Shown here in pieces: positions 27,709 through 36,495 of a stretch of 52,180 nucleotides of DNA. Both the position numbers and the translations under genes were made by a program. Origin of the DNA: an uncultured Aquificales bacterium (GTDB taxonomy: Bacteria > Aquificota > Aquificia > Aquificales > Hydrogenothermaceae); the NCBI GenBank assembly GCA_964582875.1, contig CAZOTZ010000003.1, forward strand, positions 1 to 52,180. Reading direction: 5' to 3'. The first letter of the stretch is position 1, and each line of letters begins with the position of its first letter. Below the pieces are notes generated by a model. It was given only the letters and a program-made list of their open reading frames with translations. It was not told the DNA's origin and made no database searches.

Positions 27709-28623
27709 TTGAAAAGGGATTTTTTAAACATCTCAGACTTAACAAAAGGGGAAATAGAGGGGATTATAGACTACGCTTTAAAACTAAAAAAAGACAAATT
27801 TTTAGATAAAACACTTCAGAATAAATCTATTGGACTTGTTTTTATGAAACCTTCTACAAGAACAAGAATTTCTTTTGAAGTTGGCGTATATCAGATGGGA
27901 GGACAGCCTATATACATACAGGGTTCTTCCACACAGATGAGCAGAGGTGAAGATATAAAAGATACAGCAAGGGTATTATCAAGATACCTTGACGGTCTTG
28001 TTATAAGAACTTACTCCCATTCTGAAGTTGAGGAGCTTGCTAAATACTCTGATTTTCCTGTTATAAATGCCCTTACAGATTATTCCCATCCATGTCAGGT
28101 ACTTGCAGATTTTCAAACAATATACGAGATATTTGGAAGGTTAGAAGGTCTTAAACTTGCTTATGTTGGTGATGGAAATAACATGGCAAATACTCTCCTT
28201 ATAGGATGTGCCATGATGGGATTAGACGTATCTATAGCCTCTCCTGAAGGTTATGAACCAAATGGTAAAGCTGTAAGTGAGGCTTTAAGATTTGCAAAAT
28301 CAACAGGAGCTAAAGTTGAAATAACAAACAGTCCTGAAGAGGCAGTTAGAGGAGCTAATATACTATACACAGACGTGTGGGTTAGTATGGGACAGGAAAG
28401 GGAAAAAGAAAAGGTTAACCTATTCCATGGTTTCACAATTGATGAAAATCTTTTAAAAGTGGCAGATGAAAATGCAGTTGTGATGCACTGTCTTCCTGCT
28501 CATAAAGGTGAAGAAATAACTGAAGAAGTTTTTGAGAGATTTTCAGATGTAATTTTCCAGCAGGCGGAAAACAGGCTACATGCACAAAAATCTTTGATGA
28601 GTTTCCTATTCAAAAATCTTTAA
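27709..28623 (+). CDS. argF: Ornithine carbamoyltransferase (TTG start)
   Basis: STRTR, HPCQ, DVWVSMG and HCLPA motifs. RBS AAGGAGGAGG lies upstream of the TTG. Confidence 0.93.
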   Translation: MKRDFLNISDLTKGEIEGIIDYALKLKKDKFLDKTLQNKSIGLVFMKPSTRTRISFEVGVYQMGGQPIYIQGSSTQMSRGEDIKDTARVLSRYLDGLVIRTYSHSEVEELAKYSDFPVINALTDYSHPCQVLADFQTIYEIFGRLEGLKLAYVGDGNNMANTLLIGCAMMGLDVSIASPEGYEPNGKAVSEALRFAKSTGAKVEITNSPEEAVRGANILYTDVWVSMGQEREKEKVNLFHGFTIDENLLKVADENAVVMHCLPAHKGEEITEEVFERFSDVIFQQAENRLHAQKSLMSFLFKNL

Positions 28624-28633
28624 GGAGGTAAGT

Positions 28634-30100
28634 ATGGCTGAAAAAAAGAGAAAAAAAGTTGTATACAGAAGGCATGACAGAAATGAAATGCCTTTACTTC
28701 CACCAGAAGTAAGGAAGAAATACCTTGATAAAGAGTATGCCCTTGGTTATGGTCATACAGTAGCTTTAGATGAGGCTGATAGGTGTATACTCTGTAAAAA
28801 ACCTCCATGTACACCTTCTTGCCCTGTTAACTCTGAAATGGAAAAATGGATAGGTGAAATCCAGAAACAAAATGTATGGGAAGCTTACAAAATTTTAAGG
28901 AAAAATAACCCATTCAGCTCTGTTTGTGGAAGGGTATGTCCTCAGGAAAGACTTTGTGAAAGTACATGTGTTTTAACATTTAAGGATAATGGACAATCTG
29001 TTGGTATTGGTGGTCTTGAAAGATTTGTCGGTGATTCAATAAGGATGACAGGTCTTGAATGGATAGATGAAAAAGAACCTGATACAGGTAAAAGTGTAGG
29101 AATTATAGGAGCAGGTCCTGCAGGTCTTGCAGCTGCTTATTTCCTCGCAAGAAAAGGTCATTCTGTAACAGTTTATGAAGCTCTTCCTTTCACAGGTGGT
29201 GTTATGAGATACGGAATTCCAGCAGCAAGGTTAGATAGAAGGGCCCTTGATTTTGAGATAGGTCTTATAGAAAAACTCGGTGTTGAAATTAAAACAGGTG
29301 TTAAAGTTGGGGTTGATATTCCTTTTGATGAGATAAGAAAAAAACATGATGCAGTTTTCATAGCTGTAGGTTCTGGTCGTGGAAAGAAAATGGGAATACC
29401 AGGCGAGGATTTAAAGGGAGTTTATACAGCAATAGCGTATCTTATGAAAGTGAATACAGATTATGTAGACCCAATGCTTGCCCCTGAAACGGAAGTGGAA
29501 CTTCCAAGGGGAAAAAGGGTTGCTGTTATAGGTGGAGGATTTACAGCTGTTGACTGTATTATCACAGCTTTGAGACTTGGAAACGAAGTTCATCTGATAT
29601 ACAGAAGAACAAGGGAAACATCTTCAGCAAGAGATGAAGAATGGGACCACGTGGCAGAAGAAGGGGCTATACTCCACTGGTTAACCCAGCCTGTAGAAGT
29701 GTTAGGAAATGAAAAAGGAGAAGTTGTAGGTCTTAAATGTATAAAAATGGAGCTTGTTCCTGATGAAAAAGGAGGAAGACCAAGACCTAAACCAGTAGAA
29801 GGGTCTGAGCATGTAATAGAATGTGATTACGTTATAATGGCTGTTGGACAGGGAGATAACCCTACAGCTTACAAAGATGTAAAAGGACTAAAGATAGACA
29901 AGTGGAATAACTTATCTACTGTTGATGACAATTTCAGAACAAACATTGAAGGTGTTTTTGCCGGTGGTGATGTTGTGAACGGTGGAGATACTGTTGTAAG
30001 AGCTATTTCCCACGCAAAAAAGGCAGCTGTTGCTATACATGAGTATTTAATGACTGGAAAATGGGAATACGGAAAAGAAGAAGCAGAAGCTACTACATAA
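28634..30100 (+). CDS. GltD-family NAD(P)H-dependent Fe-S flavoprotein (glutamate synthase small subunit / SudA / NfnB / FrdE-like)
   Basis: N-terminal CILCKKPPCTPSCP and VCGRVCPQERLCESTC clusters, GAGPAGLAAAYFLARKGH FAD fold, and a second Rossmann fold VIGGGFTAVDC. RBS AAGGAGG lies 10 nt after the argF stop. Confidence 0.85.
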   Translation: MAEKKRKKVVYRRHDRNEMPLLPPEVRKKYLDKEYALGYGHTVALDEADRCILCKKPPCTPSCPVNSEMEKWIGEIQKQNVWEAYKILRKNNPFSSVCGRVCPQERLCESTCVLTFKDNGQSVGIGGLERFVGDSIRMTGLEWIDEKEPDTGKSVGIIGAGPAGLAAAYFLARKGHSVTVYEALPFTGGVMRYGIPAARLDRRALDFEIGLIEKLGVEIKTGVKVGVDIPFDEIRKKHDAVFIAVGSGRGKKMGIPGEDLKGVYTAIAYLMKVNTDYVDPMLAPETEVELPRGKRVAVIGGGFTAVDCIITALRLGNEVHLIYRRTRETSSARDEEWDHVAEEGAILHWLTQPVEVLGNEKGEVVGLKCIKMELVPDEKGGRPRPKPVEGSEHVIECDYVIMAVGQGDNPTAYKDVKGLKIDKWNNLSTVDDNFRTNIEGVFAGGDVVNGGDTVVRAISHAKKAAVAIHEYLMTGKWEYGKEEAEATT

Positions 30101-30130
30101 AAAAGGGGCTTTAAAGCCCCTTTTCTGTTT
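30101..30130. terminator. Bidirectional terminator between the gltD-like gene and the ferredoxin gene
   Basis: AAAA-GGGGCTTTAAAGCCCC-TTTT, a perfect palindrome between convergent stops. Confidence 0.8.
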
Positions 30131-30460
30131 TTAGAACATGCCTGGTGGTTTTCCTTTGGATGTAACTAATCTTTCAACAGGTTCACCACCTAAGATGTGT
30201 TTTTCAATAATTTCAGGAACATCTTCAGGTTTTACATTTCCATACCATACAGCATCAGGGTAAACAACAACAGTAGGTCCCATCATACATGGTCCCATAC
30301 ATCCTGTTGGTGTAACAGCCATTTTATCAAATAGGTTTTTCATCATTAACTCTTCCTGAAACTTTTGAAAAATCTGCTCAGAGCCATTAGCTCCACAGGA
30401 TGGCATACCAGGTGGTTTTCTCTGTAAGCAGATAAAAACATGTTTGAAATCTGAAGCCAT
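30131..30460 (-). CDS. Thioredoxin-like [2Fe-2S] ferredoxin
   Basis: HVFICLQRKPPGMPSCGANG...GCMGPCMMGPTVVVYPDAVWYG matches the thioredoxin-like Fd pattern (Aquifex Fd4 / Clostridium 2Fe Fd type). Confidence 0.85.
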   Translation of the reverse strand: MASDFKHVFICLQRKPPGMPSCGANGSEQIFQKFQEELMMKNLFDKMAVTPTGCMGPCMMGPTVVVYPDAVWYGNVKPEDVPEIIEKHILGGEPVERLVTSKGKPPGMF

Positions 30461-30529
30461 TTTCTACCTCCGTTGTTTGGTTTTCAAAATATTCTATTAC
30501 CCAGATAGAACTTTTATAAATGATTTAAG

Positions 30530-31663
30530 TTATATTTTTGAGATAACTGTATCAAAGCCTTTATCCTTTAGTTTTTTACTGTACTCAATAGCTTCTTTTT
30601 TTGTTTCAAAACTTCCACAGTAAACTCCGTATAGATTTTTGTATTTCTTTACAAAACAGTCTTTTAGATTGTTCTTTTTTATAAAATCAACAGCTTTGCT
30701 TTTCTTTGACAGGAGAATTATTCTTACTGAGAATAGTTTTTTGTTCTTTAATGCTTTTTCTAAAATCTGTAATCTTTTTTTTGCTAACTTCCCGTATTTT
30801 GTGTTAAAAACAGATGCTTTTTTGTAGTAATGGATAGCTTTTTTGTAGTTTTTTGATAAATCCTCAAGCACCCCAAGGTAATAAAATGCGTAATCCTGGT
30901 ATTCTTTTTCAAGGGAAAGTACTTTCAGATACCTTTCTGCATAAATATACTTTTTCTTTTTTAAGTAGTAGTTAGTTAGAAATTTTATCATCTCAGGGGT
31001 TTTAAAAGTTATAGCTTCTATTGTATCTACGGCTTTTTTTTCATTTCCAAGTTTGTAAAATGCAAGACCTCTAAAGTAAAGAACTGTATCCTTTGTATCT
31101 GGAGGAAATTCTGATAGCTTATCTGTTTCTTTTATGACCTGTCTGTATTTTCCTGTTTTATAAAAGGCAATTACCCTGTACAGGTTTATGCTTTTGTCCT
31201 TTGGAAGGGATAGTATATCCTTCCAGTTTCCTTTTTTTGCAAGTAAAATCGCTACAATTTTTATATATCTCTTTTTTTCTTCATCTGTCAGATATTTCTC
31301 AAGTTTTTTGTAAAACTGTAGAAATTTATCAGGCTCATCTTTGAACAGCTCAAGGGCAAGTCTGTAAAATCTATCTAAACCTTTAACTTTTTCTTTTTCC
31401 AAAACATTTAGCCATTTAAGGAATTCATTTTTGTTTTTCAGATAATAGGCTGAAAATAAAACAACTTTTAGTACTTCGGCTCTGTATTTATCATCCCTGG
31501 ATGTTTTTTTTAGATACTCTTCTCCTTTTTTCAGTGAGATACTGTAGAGCCTATCTTCATATGCACCCTGTATTATTTTTAAAAGTGTGTTTTTTTCTTT
31601 ATCTGTAATTCCAAAGGCTACAATACTAAAATACAGAAACAGAACGAATGCTTTTTTCCACAT
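30530..31663 (-). CDS. Secreted TPR-like repeat protein with a C-terminal SPOR (septal peptidoglycan-binding) domain
   Basis: Signal/anchor WKKAFVLFLYFSIVAFG, Tyr/Lys-rich helical repeats, and a C-terminal YGVYCGSFETKKEAIEYSKKLKDKGFDTVI typical of SPOR. Confidence 0.7.
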   Translation of the reverse strand: MWKKAFVLFLYFSIVAFGITDKEKNTLLKIIQGAYEDRLYSISLKKGEEYLKKTSRDDKYRAEVLKVVLFSAYYLKNKNEFLKWLNVLEKEKVKGLDRFYRLALELFKDEPDKFLQFYKKLEKYLTDEEKKRYIKIVAILLAKKGNWKDILSLPKDKSINLYRVIAFYKTGKYRQVIKETDKLSEFPPDTKDTVLYFRGLAFYKLGNEKKAVDTIEAITFKTPEMIKFLTNYYLKKKKYIYAERYLKVLSLEKEYQDYAFYYLGVLEDLSKNYKKAIHYYKKASVFNTKYGKLAKKRLQILEKALKNKKLFSVRIILLSKKSKAVDFIKKNNLKDCFVKKYKNLYGVYCGSFETKKEAIEYSKKLKDKGFDTVISKI

Positions 31664-31722
31664 TACACAGAACCTTAATTTGTTTTATTATAAATCATAA
31701 TAGTATATGCTGGAGAGATAAA

Positions 31723-31923
31723 ATGATAAATAAAGAGTTTTTGGAAGTTCTTGCCTGTCCAGCTTGTAAAGAGGATATTCTCTATATAGAAAAGGAAAAC
31801 TGTTTCATATGTAAAAACTGTCTGCTTAAATTCCCTGTAGTTGATGATATCCCTGATTTTTTACTTGAAGATGCTGTAAAAATATCAGAAGAAGAGGTGA
31901 ATAAGCTTTCAGATGAAAGTTAG
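31723..31923 (+). CDS. Trm112/YcaR (UPF0434) family small zinc-ribbon-like protein
   Basis: MINKEFLEVLACPACKEDI...CKNCLLKFPVVDDIPDFLLEDA is the Trm112p-like signature. GGAGAG lies upstream of ATG 31723. The longer ORF from 31648 overlaps the divergent gene. Confidence 0.8.
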   Translation: MINKEFLEVLACPACKEDILYIEKENCFICKNCLLKFPVVDDIPDFLLEDAVKISEEEVNKLSDES

Positions 31924-33673
31924 AGTGTTAAAAGAATTTATAAGTTTTTTTAAAGCATTCTTGTTTGTTGTTGTACTGTTTGTCCCTATTTACCTTATTG
32001 CTCCACCAGAGAAAGAGGTTGATAACTCAGTTATAAAAAGGGTAAATCCAGATAATTTTAAGGTTGTTATTGGAAAGGAAGGAGGAATACTGAGAAGGGC
32101 TCTTGCAGGGGATGCAAAAACGTTTAATCCTGTTATGGCACAGGAAACATCATCAACAGCCGTAATAGGTGTCTTATTCAATGGGCTTACAAAAACAAAT
32201 GTGAAAACCCTTCTACCAGAACCAGATTTAGCCGAAAGCTGGGAAGTAGATAAGACAGGGACTAAATGGGTTTTCCATCTCAGGAAGGATGCAAGATGGT
32301 TTGACGGAAAACCTGTGACTGCTGATGATGTAGTTTTTACATACAACCAGATTTATTACAATCCTGACATACCTTCTTCATCAAAAGATATCCTGACTGT
32401 TGCAGGGAAAAAGTTTATCGTAAAAAAAATTGATAAGTACACAGTGGAGTTTGATATTCCAAAACCTTTTGCCCCTTTCTTACAGGCTGTAGGACAGCCT
32501 ATACTTCCTGAACATATACTTGAAAAATCTGTAAAGGAAAAAACATTTACATCAACATGGGGTATAAATACTCCTCCTGAAAAACTTATAGGAACAGGTC
32601 CATACAGGCTAAAAAAGTATGTAATAGGTCAGTATGCTGTTTATGAGAGGAACCCTTACTATTGGGAGAAGGATAAAAAGGGACAGAAAATCCCCTACAT
32701 TGAGAAGATAAAAGCCCAGATAATAGGAGACCCAGATGTAAGACTTATAAAGTTTGAAACAGGGGAGATTGATTATTACGGTGTTAGAGCTTCAGATTTA
32801 GCTGAGCTTGTTCCAAAAGCAAAGAAAAAAGGATTTACTATATACAATCTTGGTGCAACCCCTTCAACTTTATTTGTTGTTTTTAACCAGAACCCTAAAT
32901 CCCCTATCCCTAAATACAAACTAAAATGGTTTAAGAATAGAAAGTTTAGACAGGCAATATCCTATGCTGTTGATAGACAGGGAATTATAAATATAGCTTA
33001 TAATGGGCTTGCTTACCCAATTTACACAGCTGTAACACCTGCTAACAGAAGACTTTTTGATGAAAGTTATTATCCTAAATATCCTTTTAACCTGAAAAAA
33101 GCTAAAAAACTACTGTTAGAGATAGGTTTCAGGGAAGGAAAAGATGGCTTTCTTTACGACAAAGAAGGGCATAAACTTGAGTTCACACTTATAACTAATT
33201 CAGGGAACAAAGAAAGGGAAACAATTGGAAATATACTGAAAGATGACCTGAAAAAAATAGGAATAGATGTAAACTTTCAGGCAATAGACTTTAATAACCT
33301 TGTAACACGGCTTATGTCTAACTACGATTGGGAAGCTGTAATTATAGGACTGACAGGAAGTATTGACCCTTACTTTGGGCAGAATGTATGGCTTTCTTCT
33401 GGACACCTGCATATGTGGTATCCAAACCAGAAAAAACCAGCTACTAAATGGGAAGAGAAAATAGATAAACTTTTTGAAAAAGCAGCTGTAGAACTTGACC
33501 CAGAAAAAAGGGATAAGCTATACAAAGAAGCATTCAGGATTATTGGAGAAGAACAACCTATGATTTTCATCTGTGCCCCAGAAGAACTCCTTGCAGTGAG
33601 AAACAATCTCAAAAACGTATTTCCAACGGTTTGGGGATGGTATAAAGAAAACTTTGTATATATAGAAAAATAA
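31913..33673 (+). CDS. ABC transporter substrate-binding protein, family 5 (peptide/nickel, OppA/DppA-like), with no cognate permease or ATPase in the window
   Basis: N-terminal anchor, LAESWEVDKTGTKWVFHLRKDARWFDGKPVTADDVVFTY and NPYYW blocks typical of SBP_bac_5. Confidence 0.85.
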   Translation: MKVRVLKEFISFFKAFLFVVVLFVPIYLIAPPEKEVDNSVIKRVNPDNFKVVIGKEGGILRRALAGDAKTFNPVMAQETSSTAVIGVLFNGLTKTNVKTLLPEPDLAESWEVDKTGTKWVFHLRKDARWFDGKPVTADDVVFTYNQIYYNPDIPSSSKDILTVAGKKFIVKKIDKYTVEFDIPKPFAPFLQAVGQPILPEHILEKSVKEKTFTSTWGINTPPEKLIGTGPYRLKKYVIGQYAVYERNPYYWEKDKKGQKIPYIEKIKAQIIGDPDVRLIKFETGEIDYYGVRASDLAELVPKAKKKGFTIYNLGATPSTLFVVFNQNPKSPIPKYKLKWFKNRKFRQAISYAVDRQGIINIAYNGLAYPIYTAVTPANRRLFDESYYPKYPFNLKKAKKLLLEIGFREGKDGFLYDKEGHKLEFTLITNSGNKERETIGNILKDDLKKIGIDVNFQAIDFNNLVTRLMSNYDWEAVIIGLTGSIDPYFGQNVWLSSGHLHMWYPNQKKPATKWEEKIDKLFEKAAVELDPEKRDKLYKEAFRIIGEEQPMIFICAPEELLAVRNNLKNVFPTVWGWYKENFVYIEK

Positions 33674-33758
33674 ACGCAAATTAGATATTATCCGCATTAT
33701 AAGTCATTGATGTCTTTCATCTTCAACTGACCTCAAACGCAAAAAAAATCAACGAAAA

Positions 33759-33788
33759 TTTGACAAATCTAAAATAAAAATTTATGTT
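33759..33788 (+). promoter_or_regulatory. Candidate sigma70-type promoter upstream of the repeat lipoprotein gene
   Basis: TTGACA (33759..33764), an 18-nt spacer, then TATGTT (33783..33788). A perfect TATAAT also lies at 33835..33840 without a good -35. Confidence 0.35.
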
Positions 33789-33869
33789 AATAACACATAT
33801 CTTGAGTTTGTCTTCATATGTGTCAAAAAAGTTTTATAATATTAATAATAATTCAAAGGAGGTATTAGG

Positions 33870-35117
33870 ATGCTTGGCCGTAAAATTTTAGCATCGTTTA
33901 TGTTGTTATCCCTTGTACTACTGGGTTCTTGTGCCCAGAAAACTCAAACATCTCAAGGTGTCATGCAGGATATCAGTGTTTCAACACATCCAGATTTAAA
34001 GGAGAAAAAAGCTGAAACACCTGTTGTGAATAAGGAGGAAGGGAACCTTGAGATAGAAAAGGAGAAGGCTGCGTTAGAAGCTCAAAAGAAGGCTTTAGAG
34101 GAAAAGGCCAGAGAGTTAGAGAAAAAAGAAAGAGAACTTGAAGCAATGAAAGCTCTTCAGCAAAAGAAAATGAAAGAGCTCCAAAACGTAAAAGCTGAAG
34201 AGCTATGTAATCTTGACCTTGAAAATGGAATTCCCCTTGTACCACCAAACGCTAAACCTGGGGAGTGTTATGCTATAGGATATCTTCCTCCTAAGTATGA
34301 GTATCAAAAGGTTAAAGTTTTAGTTGATGCAGGAGGAGAAAAGGTTATAACGATTCCTCCAAAATATAGAACAGTTACGAAAAAAGTTTTAGTAAGAGAG
34401 GCAGGAGAAAAGCTTATATGTATCCCTCCTGTGTACAAAACAGTTACAGAAAAAGTTTTAGTTAAACCTGAAACAGAAAAAATAGTTGTTGTTAGACCTG
34501 CGAAGTACAAATGGGTTACAGAAAAGATACTTGTTGAGCCAGCTAAGAAAGTATGGAAAAGAGGAGCATCTTTCTTAAAAGATGCTATAGCTAAAAGATG
34601 GGACCCTCAAACAGGAGATATCTTATGTCTTGTAGAAGTTCCTCCAAAATACAAATACATCAGAAAAAAAGTGATGGTAGAACCACCTGTTACCAAAAAA
34701 GTTATAATACCTGCCCAGTACAGAACAGTAACCAAAAAAGTGCTTGTTAAGCCGGCAACAACAAAAGTTGTTAAAATTCCTCCTGTTTATAAAACTGTAC
34801 AGGTTAAAGAGCTCGTTGAACCAGCAAGAGAGAAAAGAATTGAAATCCCTCCAAAATATGATTATGTAACCAAGAGGATAAAAGTAAGAGATGCAAAATA
34901 CGTATGGGTTAAAGTTCTCTGTAAAACAAACATGACAAGAGATACAATCGTAAGACTCCAAAAAGCGTTAAAAGAAAAAGGATATTATGTTGGAAAAGTA
35001 GATGGTATTTATGGACCTTTAACACAGGAAGCTGTTGTTAAATTCCAACAAGACCATGACATACCTATAACACCAGGAGCTGTTACATTAAAAGTTTTAA
35101 AACTCCTAAATATATAA
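33870..35117 (+). CDS. Lipoprotein with a coiled coil, eight ~21-24-aa PPxYxTVTKKVLV-type repeats and a C-terminal PG_binding_1 domain
   Basis: Lipobox LLGSC, RBS AAGGAGG, K/E coiled coil, repeats listed under findings, and a C-terminal LQKALKEKGYYVGKVDGIYGPLTQEAVVKFQQDHDI (peptidoglycan-binding domain 1). Confidence 0.9.
   Translation: MLGRKILASFMLLSLVLLGSCAQKTQTSQGVMQDISVSTHPDLKEKKAETPVVNKEEGNLEIEKEKAALEAQKKALEEKARELEKKERELEAMKALQQKKMKELQNVKAEELCNLDLENGIPLVPPNAKPGECYAIGYLPPKYEYQKVKVLVDAGGEKVITIPPKYRTVTKKVLVREAGEKLICIPPVYKTVTEKVLVKPETEKIVVVRPAKYKWVTEKILVEPAKKVWKRGASFLKDAIAKRWDPQTGDILCLVEVPPKYKYIRKKVMVEPPVTKKVIIPAQYRTVTKKVLVKPATTKVVKIPPVYKTVQVKELVEPAREKRIEIPPKYDYVTKRIKVRDAKYVWVKVLCKTNMTRDTIVRLQKALKEKGYYVGKVDGIYGPLTQEAVVKFQQDHDIPITPGAVTLKVLKLLNI
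34281..34913 (+). repeat. Coding tandem repeat array (8 degenerate units) within the lipoprotein gene
   Basis: Units: LPPKYEYQKVKVLVDAGGEK, IPPKYRTVTKKVLVREAGEK, IPPVYKTVTEKVLVKPETEK, RPAKYKWVTEKILVEPAKK, VPPKYKYIRKKVMVEPPVTKK, IPAQYRTVTKKVLVKPATTK, IPPVYKTVQVKELVEPAREK, IPPKYDYVTKRIKVRDAKY. Confidence 0.85.
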
Positions 35118-35118
35118 T

Positions 35119-35156
35119 CCGTTAAGGTGACCTTAACGGTCACCTTTTCTTTTTTC
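35119..35156 (+). terminator. Intrinsic terminator after the lipoprotein gene
   Basis: GGTGACC-TTAAC-GGTCACC followed by TTTTCTTTTTT. An overlapping alternative stem is CCGTTAAGG-TGA-CCTTAACGG. Confidence 0.8.
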
Positions 35157-35207
35157 ATATCAAAACCTCCCTTCCAATGTATAATAAAGAAAAAAACTGG
35201 AGATAAG

Positions 35208-36116
35208 ATGTTCTTAAGGAAACTTCTTTTGTATTTCCTTTTAGTGTTTTTAGTGTTGAAAAATGTTAAAGCTGTAGAACTTGAGGTAAATCCTCTTTAT
35301 CTAAATGAAGGTTTGACCCAAAATCAGGTTATAAACATAAAAATATACTCAGCAAGGGCTTTAAATCTTATATTAGATGCCTATTCTTCTTTAAATAGAA
35401 AAGTTATATACAGGATGGATACCCGGAGGTATCTTGATGCAGCAATGTTCTTTTTAAATGAAGCAAAGCAGTACTCTCCATCCTACCTTATAAAGAGACA
35501 GTTAGAATCTATACAGAAGAGAATAAAACTCTATCCAGATGAAGATTACTCAGAAGACCTTAAAAGTATTTATATTTATATTCAAGAAATTGCAGGAAAC
35601 CTTGATAATTATGAAGATATAAAAACTCTTTACCAGAAAATCCTTGAGAAAGCAAAAATAAGAGCCAATTCTGATGTAAAAGACCAGATAGATATTCTTA
35701 TGGAAAAACTTGACATAAAACTTATAGATTCTCCTATTTTAGAAGCCCAAAACCTTATAGGAATAGCTGAAGAGTACCTTAATAAATCCCGTTTTTCAAA
35801 AGTTAAAAAATCTCTGGAGCTTGCCTTAGAACCACTTATTAAGTTATCAACAAAGGAAACCCTTTATGTTGCCCTTGTAAAAGAGTATATATACAAAGCA
35901 TATATGACTTACGATTATGACCAGATTATTTCATTGAAGTATGTAGATTCTGCTCTTATTGCTATTAATAAAGCATACTATGTGTCTTCATCTGAAAATA
36001 GAGATATTTTAAAAGAAGTCAGGAAAAAAATAAGGACTCTTCCAGGTATATTTGACAATAAAAAGGAAGCCAAAAAAATATTTACTGATATAATAAACTC
36101 ACTCCGAAATATATAA
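35208..36116 (+). CDS. Secreted all-helical hypothetical protein. The start was chosen at ATG 35208.
   Basis: MFLRKLLLYFLLVFLVLKNVKA is a clean signal peptide with GGAGA upstream. The ORF-track extension from 35127 runs through the terminator. I recognised no family. Confidence 0.7.
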   Translation: MFLRKLLLYFLLVFLVLKNVKAVELEVNPLYLNEGLTQNQVINIKIYSARALNLILDAYSSLNRKVIYRMDTRRYLDAAMFFLNEAKQYSPSYLIKRQLESIQKRIKLYPDEDYSEDLKSIYIYIQEIAGNLDNYEDIKTLYQKILEKAKIRANSDVKDQIDILMEKLDIKLIDSPILEAQNLIGIAEEYLNKSRFSKVKKSLELALEPLIKLSTKETLYVALVKEYIYKAYMTYDYDQIISLKYVDSALIAINKAYYVSSSENRDILKEVRKKIRTLPGIFDNKKEAKKIFTDIINSLRNI

Positions 36117-36141
36117 ATAAATGCAATCAACGGAGGAAAAG

Positions 36142-36495
36142 ATGAAGAAAGTTGTTATATCTACTTTAGCTGCAGCAGTACTATTTGCTCCTAAATCTTT
36201 TGGTTTAGATGGGGAGATTATCTTTAAAGATGCCCTTTATGGTGCAGGAATAGGTGGTTTAGCTGGTGGTGCTCTTTATCTTGTTGATAGTAATGATTTT
36301 GGAGCTAAAGTGGGAATAGGTGTACTGATAGGGCTTATTGGGGGAACAGTTATAGGTGTATATGAATCTCAGGGTGCATTCGTTCAGATAGAAAACGGAA
36401 AAATCAAAGTTGCTATGCCCCAGATAGAAGTAGAAAAGTTAAACTACACAAACTCAACTTCAGCGAAAGTAAATCTTATCGGGGCAAACTTCTAA
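36142..36495 (+). CDS. Small secreted glycine-zipper protein
   Basis: GGAGG lies 5 nt upstream of ATG 36142. Signal KKVVISTLAAAVLFAPKSFG is followed by GAGIGGLAGGALYL and GIGVLIGLIGGTVIG GxxxG-type zippers. Confidence 0.7.
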   Translation: MKKVVISTLAAAVLFAPKSFGLDGEIIFKDALYGAGIGGLAGGALYLVDSNDFGAKVGIGVLIGLIGGTVIGVYESQGAFVQIENGKIKVAMPQIEVEKLNYTNSTSAKVNLIGANF

